From positions 120,001 to 152,000 of the forward strand of contig NC_006138.1 of NCBI RefSeq assembly GCF_000025945.1: a stretch of DNA of 32,000 nt. Reading direction: 5' to 3'. The notes under the pieces were generated by a model. The model was not told the origin of the DNA. It made no database searches and saw nothing but the letters and a program-made list of their open reading frames with translations. The translations under genes and the position numbers were made by a program. How positions within the stretch are numbered: position 1 is the stretch's first letter; the number at the start of each line of letters is the position of its first letter. The DNA comes from Desulfotalea psychrophila LSv54. GTDB taxonomy: Bacteria; Desulfobacterota; Desulfobulbia; Desulfobulbales; Desulfocapsaceae. Below, piece by piece: positions 29,488 to 32,000 of the stretch.

Positions 29488-30570
29488 ATGTTCGAAACCA
29501 TCGATAAGGTGCTGTTCGCCTCCTGGGCAATACTCCTTGACTCCGCACTCTATATGCTCATAGGAATCTGCATCGCAGGGTTCCTCAAGGTATTTCTCAA
29601 CCCCAACTTTATTAGCCGTCATCTGGGGCAGGGTCGCTTTGCCTCCGTACTCAAGGCGGCATTTCTAGGTGTCCCCCTACCGCTCTGATCTTGTGGCGTG
29701 TTGCCGGCGGCAGCATCACTGAAGAAACAGGGCGCAAATAATGGGGCAACAACTGCCTTTCTTATCTCAACCCCGGAATCAGGAGTAGATTCAATAGCGG
29801 TAAGTTATGCCCTGCTTGATCCCATCATGACCATAATGCGCCCCCTGGCAGCATTCGTTACCGCTACCCTGGCAGGATTTTTAGAAAATATTATCTCCTA
29901 CAAGAGGCAAGCTCCTGCCATCCAAATGTTTTCAGAGGTTGAAGAGACAGAGGAGTGCTGCTCCGACCCTGCCTGCGGCTCGACCAACAGGAGCGGTGAC
30001 ACTCTACGGCACAAACTCGTAGAGGGTATTCGTTTTGCCCTCTTCGATGTATGGGCAGATATTGCCCTGTGGTTTTTTGCAGGTGTCATCCTTGCCGGAA
30101 GCATTACCGCCCTGGTACCAACAGGAATAATAGAGAACTGGCTGGGTGGAGGCATAGAATCACTCCTGTTAATGCTTGTCTTTGGTATCCCCCTCTATAT
30201 CTGCGCAACAGCATCAACGCCAATTGCAGCCGCCCTTATCCTCAAGGGAGTCAGCCCCGGAGCTGCCTTGGTTTTTCTCTTGACAGGACCTGCTACCAAT
30301 ATCACTTCACTATCAGTTCTATTGAAGATACTGGGAAAGAAGGGCACCATCAGATACCTCATCTCCATTGCCGTAATGGCAGTGATTTTTGGCCTGCTAA
30401 CCGATTCCATCTACAGCAGTCTGGGGATTTCCCCACGGGCAATTATCGGTACAGCCGCAAAAATTGTACCTGATACAGTACAGATAACCTGCGCCATAAT
30501 TCTGGTATTGCTCACCTATAACCCCCTGTTTACTTACCTCAACATAACGTTTAAAAAGAAAAAACGATAA
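29488..30570 (+). CDS. Predicted metal efflux permease (ArsP/DUF318-like, SO_0444-like), candidate selenoprotein: in-frame UGA at codon 67 read as Sec
   Basis: Track ORFs 29488..29688 and 29698..30570 share one frame and are separated by a TGA at 29686-29688 plus only three codons. Read through: ...SVLKAAFLGVPLPL-U-SCGVLPAAASLKKQGANNGATTAFLISTPESGVDSIAVSYALLDPIMTIMRPLAAF..., matching the family motif PLPLCSCGV. Metal-ligand-rich loop EETEECCSDPACGS. Confidence 0.85.
29699..29715 (+). promoter_or_regulatory. Candidate bacterial SECIS element (apical stem-loop)
   Basis: TGTTGCC (29699-29705), loop GGC (29706-29708), GGCAGCA (29709-29715): 7-bp stem with one G.U. The loop starts about 17 nt after the UGA and its first two bases are G. 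A lower GTG (29693-29695)/CAC (29717-29719) pairing could extend it. Confidence 0.68.
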
Positions 30571-30588
30571 AAGATCCTTGTCTTATTG

Positions 30589-30623
30589 GCCTAACCTATA
30601 GTAATTTAGTCTACAGGTTAGGC
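30589..30623 (+). terminator. Probable terminator after the arsR-permease operon
   Basis: GCCTAACCT (30589-30597) / AGGTTAGGC (30615-30623): perfect 9-bp stem with inner TAG/CTA pairing, followed by TGTTCCTTTT. Confidence 0.75.
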
Positions 30624-30701
30624 TGTTCCTTTTAAAGCCCAATAAAAACCTCACTTTGATGACATCTACTCCCCCCTTACCCGCCCCCAAAAGGAGGTTT
30701 C

Positions 30702-32000
30702 ATGCACTCAGGTCGTTTATGGCAACGAATAGTAAATACAGAACGCTGGGGACTTCGGGCACGACTGGCATATACTACTGGATTTCTTTTACTTATTGGC
30801 GCATCGGTCACTCTCTTTGCCATAGCAAGTAGCCTCCATCACAGTACCGAAAAAAGCATCCAAACAAGAATAGACAATTTCACCATCCTCCTCTCCCAGG
30901 CAACGACTCATATCTCCTCACAGCTTCTGGAAGAGGCAAGCTATATCAGTATCAATCCTGATGTCCAGAAAAGTCTCAGACAAAATAAGCCTGACCTCCT
31001 AGGCGACAAGATTTTCACCTCTCTGGAAAAAATTGCCCTTCTCAGTAAACGCTCACCAACACAGATTCAGATATTCACCCCAACCCTTAAACCATTTTTC
31101 CAAGCCCAGACCAACATCCCAGCAAGAGGAGCCGATGAGTTTCCTCTACTCAAGGCAAGCAAAACATCTTTACAGCCAGCAGCAGGACTTAAAAAGAGCT
31201 CGGGGAAAATAGTCTTTACGGCAAGTGTACCTATTACTTACCAAGGGCAGCTCATTGGCTTTGCCCTGGCGACACGCCCCTTAGAAACACTCAAGCTCAA
31301 TCTGGACCAGACAATCTCCCATAATTTTAGCCTCATCATAAGCACCGATCAAGAAAAGACACCAAAGGCCACCGGCAAAAAAGAGCGCATTGCTATGAGC
31401 TGGGGGATTCCCGATCAAACCAACTCAGCCCCCACAACCTTACCCTCCAAGTCCATCTACACCAAAATAGTTCCCCTTATGGCCTACGATGGCAAAGAAA
31501 TTGGCACCACCCAGATTAACTTTGACGGCAAGGCCTTCTTAAGCCAGGCAGAAAAGACCATCTACATCCTCTTTTTCACCACCGTCATCGGTGTAAGTCT
31601 GGTCTTCCTCTCTATCTTTTGGAATGTCAATATGATCCGTGACTGCCTGAAGCAGATCAAAAAATCACTTATCTCATCGCACTCCAATGATTTTAGCGAA
31701 CGCTTCAACCTCAAGCCCGTTCACTGCCGGGAAATGTTAAACTGCTCCCACAAAGAGTGTCCTGTCTACCAAGAACCAAGCAAAATCTGCTATCTGGAAA
31801 CCGGAGATGAGGCCATTTCTCCCGCCAACAGAGGTGCCTGCATTTTTTTAAACCAATACAAACACTGCACAAACTGTCCTGTCTACGAGACACAACGCGG
31901 AGATGAAATAACGGAGATCAAGCAGATTGTAAATACCATCATGGGCCTGTGGAGCGACTTTCTGGGAGATGTTTCCAATCTCCTCGCCGATGTCTACAAA
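30702..32000 (+). CDS. Membrane sensor protein, N-terminal part (two TM segments flanking a periplasmic Cache-like region, then a cytoplasmic Cys-rich segment); 3' truncated by window
   Basis: Absent from the ORF track because no stop is reached. SD AAGGAGG at 30691; ATG at 30702; 433 open codons. MHSGRLWQRIVNTERWGLRARLAYTTGFLLLIGASVTLFAIASSL...TIYILFFTTVIGVSLVFLSIFWNVNMIRDCLKQI...HCREMLNCSHKECPVYQEPSKICYLETGDEA...GACIFLNQYKHCTNCPVYETQRGDEITEI... Confidence 0.85.
   Translation, partial: MHSGRLWQRIVNTERWGLRARLAYTTGFLLLIGASVTLFAIASSLHHSTEKSIQTRIDNFTILLSQATTHISSQLLEEASYISINPDVQKSLRQNKPDLLGDKIFTSLEKIALLSKRSPTQIQIFTPTLKPFFQAQTNIPARGADEFPLLKASKTSLQPAAGLKKSSGKIVFTASVPITYQGQLIGFALATRPLETLKLNLDQTISHNFSLIISTDQEKTPKATGKKERIAMSWGIPDQTNSAPTTLPSKSIYTKIVPLMAYDGKEIGTTQINFDGKAFLSQAEKTIYILFFTTVIGVSLVFLSIFWNVNMIRDCLKQIKKSLISSHSNDFSERFNLKPVHCREMLNCSHKECPVYQEPSKICYLETGDEAISPANRGACIFLNQYKHCTNCPVYETQRGDEITEIKQIVNTIMGLWSDFLGDVSNLLADVYK

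Noticed and set aside
29488-29688. Treating the permease as two genes or as a frameshifted pseudogene
   Set aside because: Both halves are in the same frame, separated only by one TGA, with intact, strongly family-like protein on both sides, a precise Cys-position replacement, a bSECIS-like stem and an intact regulator. Sec readthrough explains this more simply, though a nonsense mutation is not formally excluded.
31711-31893. 60-aa minus ORF near the right edge
   Set aside because: Antisense to the long open sensor frame; the many Cys simply reflect the Cys-rich coding region on the other strand.
1-32000. CRISPR array, tRNA/rRNA, transposon ends, phage or defence genes
   Set aside because: I found no regularly spaced direct repeats outside the protein-internal repeat, no clover-leaf or rRNA signatures, no transposase or integrase, and nearly all coding space is accounted for by housekeeping or envelope genes. 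tRNA absence was judged by eye only.

Overview
The window looks like a conserved chromosomal segment from a deltaproteobacterium, probably Desulfobulbaceae/Desulfotalea-like (inferred from protein character, not searched). In order it holds: a type IV pilus assembly block (PilO C-term, PilP, an AMIN/STN/TPR protein, a lipoprotein secretin, a lipoprotein); secB; uvrA; a CoA-binding protein; glyQ; a DMT transporter; dtd; an M16C peptidase; small envelope proteins; rsmB; an M24 peptidase; aconitase; a DHH-CBS protein; lon; a novel-looking repeat protein; a PP2C-like phosphatase; an ArsR/SmtB repressor; a metal permease; and the start of a membrane sensor. I saw no CRISPR array, rRNA, tRNA, transposon or recognisable defence island. 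The strongest finding is that the permease (29488..30570), shown as two ORFs, is one reading frame interrupted only by a TGA. That TGA sits where family members have the first Cys of PLPLCSCG, giving PLPL-U-SCG, and it is followed by a bSECIS-like hairpin with a G-starting loop about 17 nt downstream. It is a candidate selenocysteine-containing metal efflux permease, preceded by a dual-site SmtB/CadC-like repressor with a textbook SmtB-type operator. Other observations: a PilQ-like protein split from its secretin domain and fused to TPRs, a periplasmic protein with exact 22-aa LEA-like repeats, a seven-copy alpha-solenoid-like protein with an A-B-C higher-order pattern, a seven-Cys cytoplasmic segment in a truncated membrane sensor, and a glyQ without adjacent glyS.
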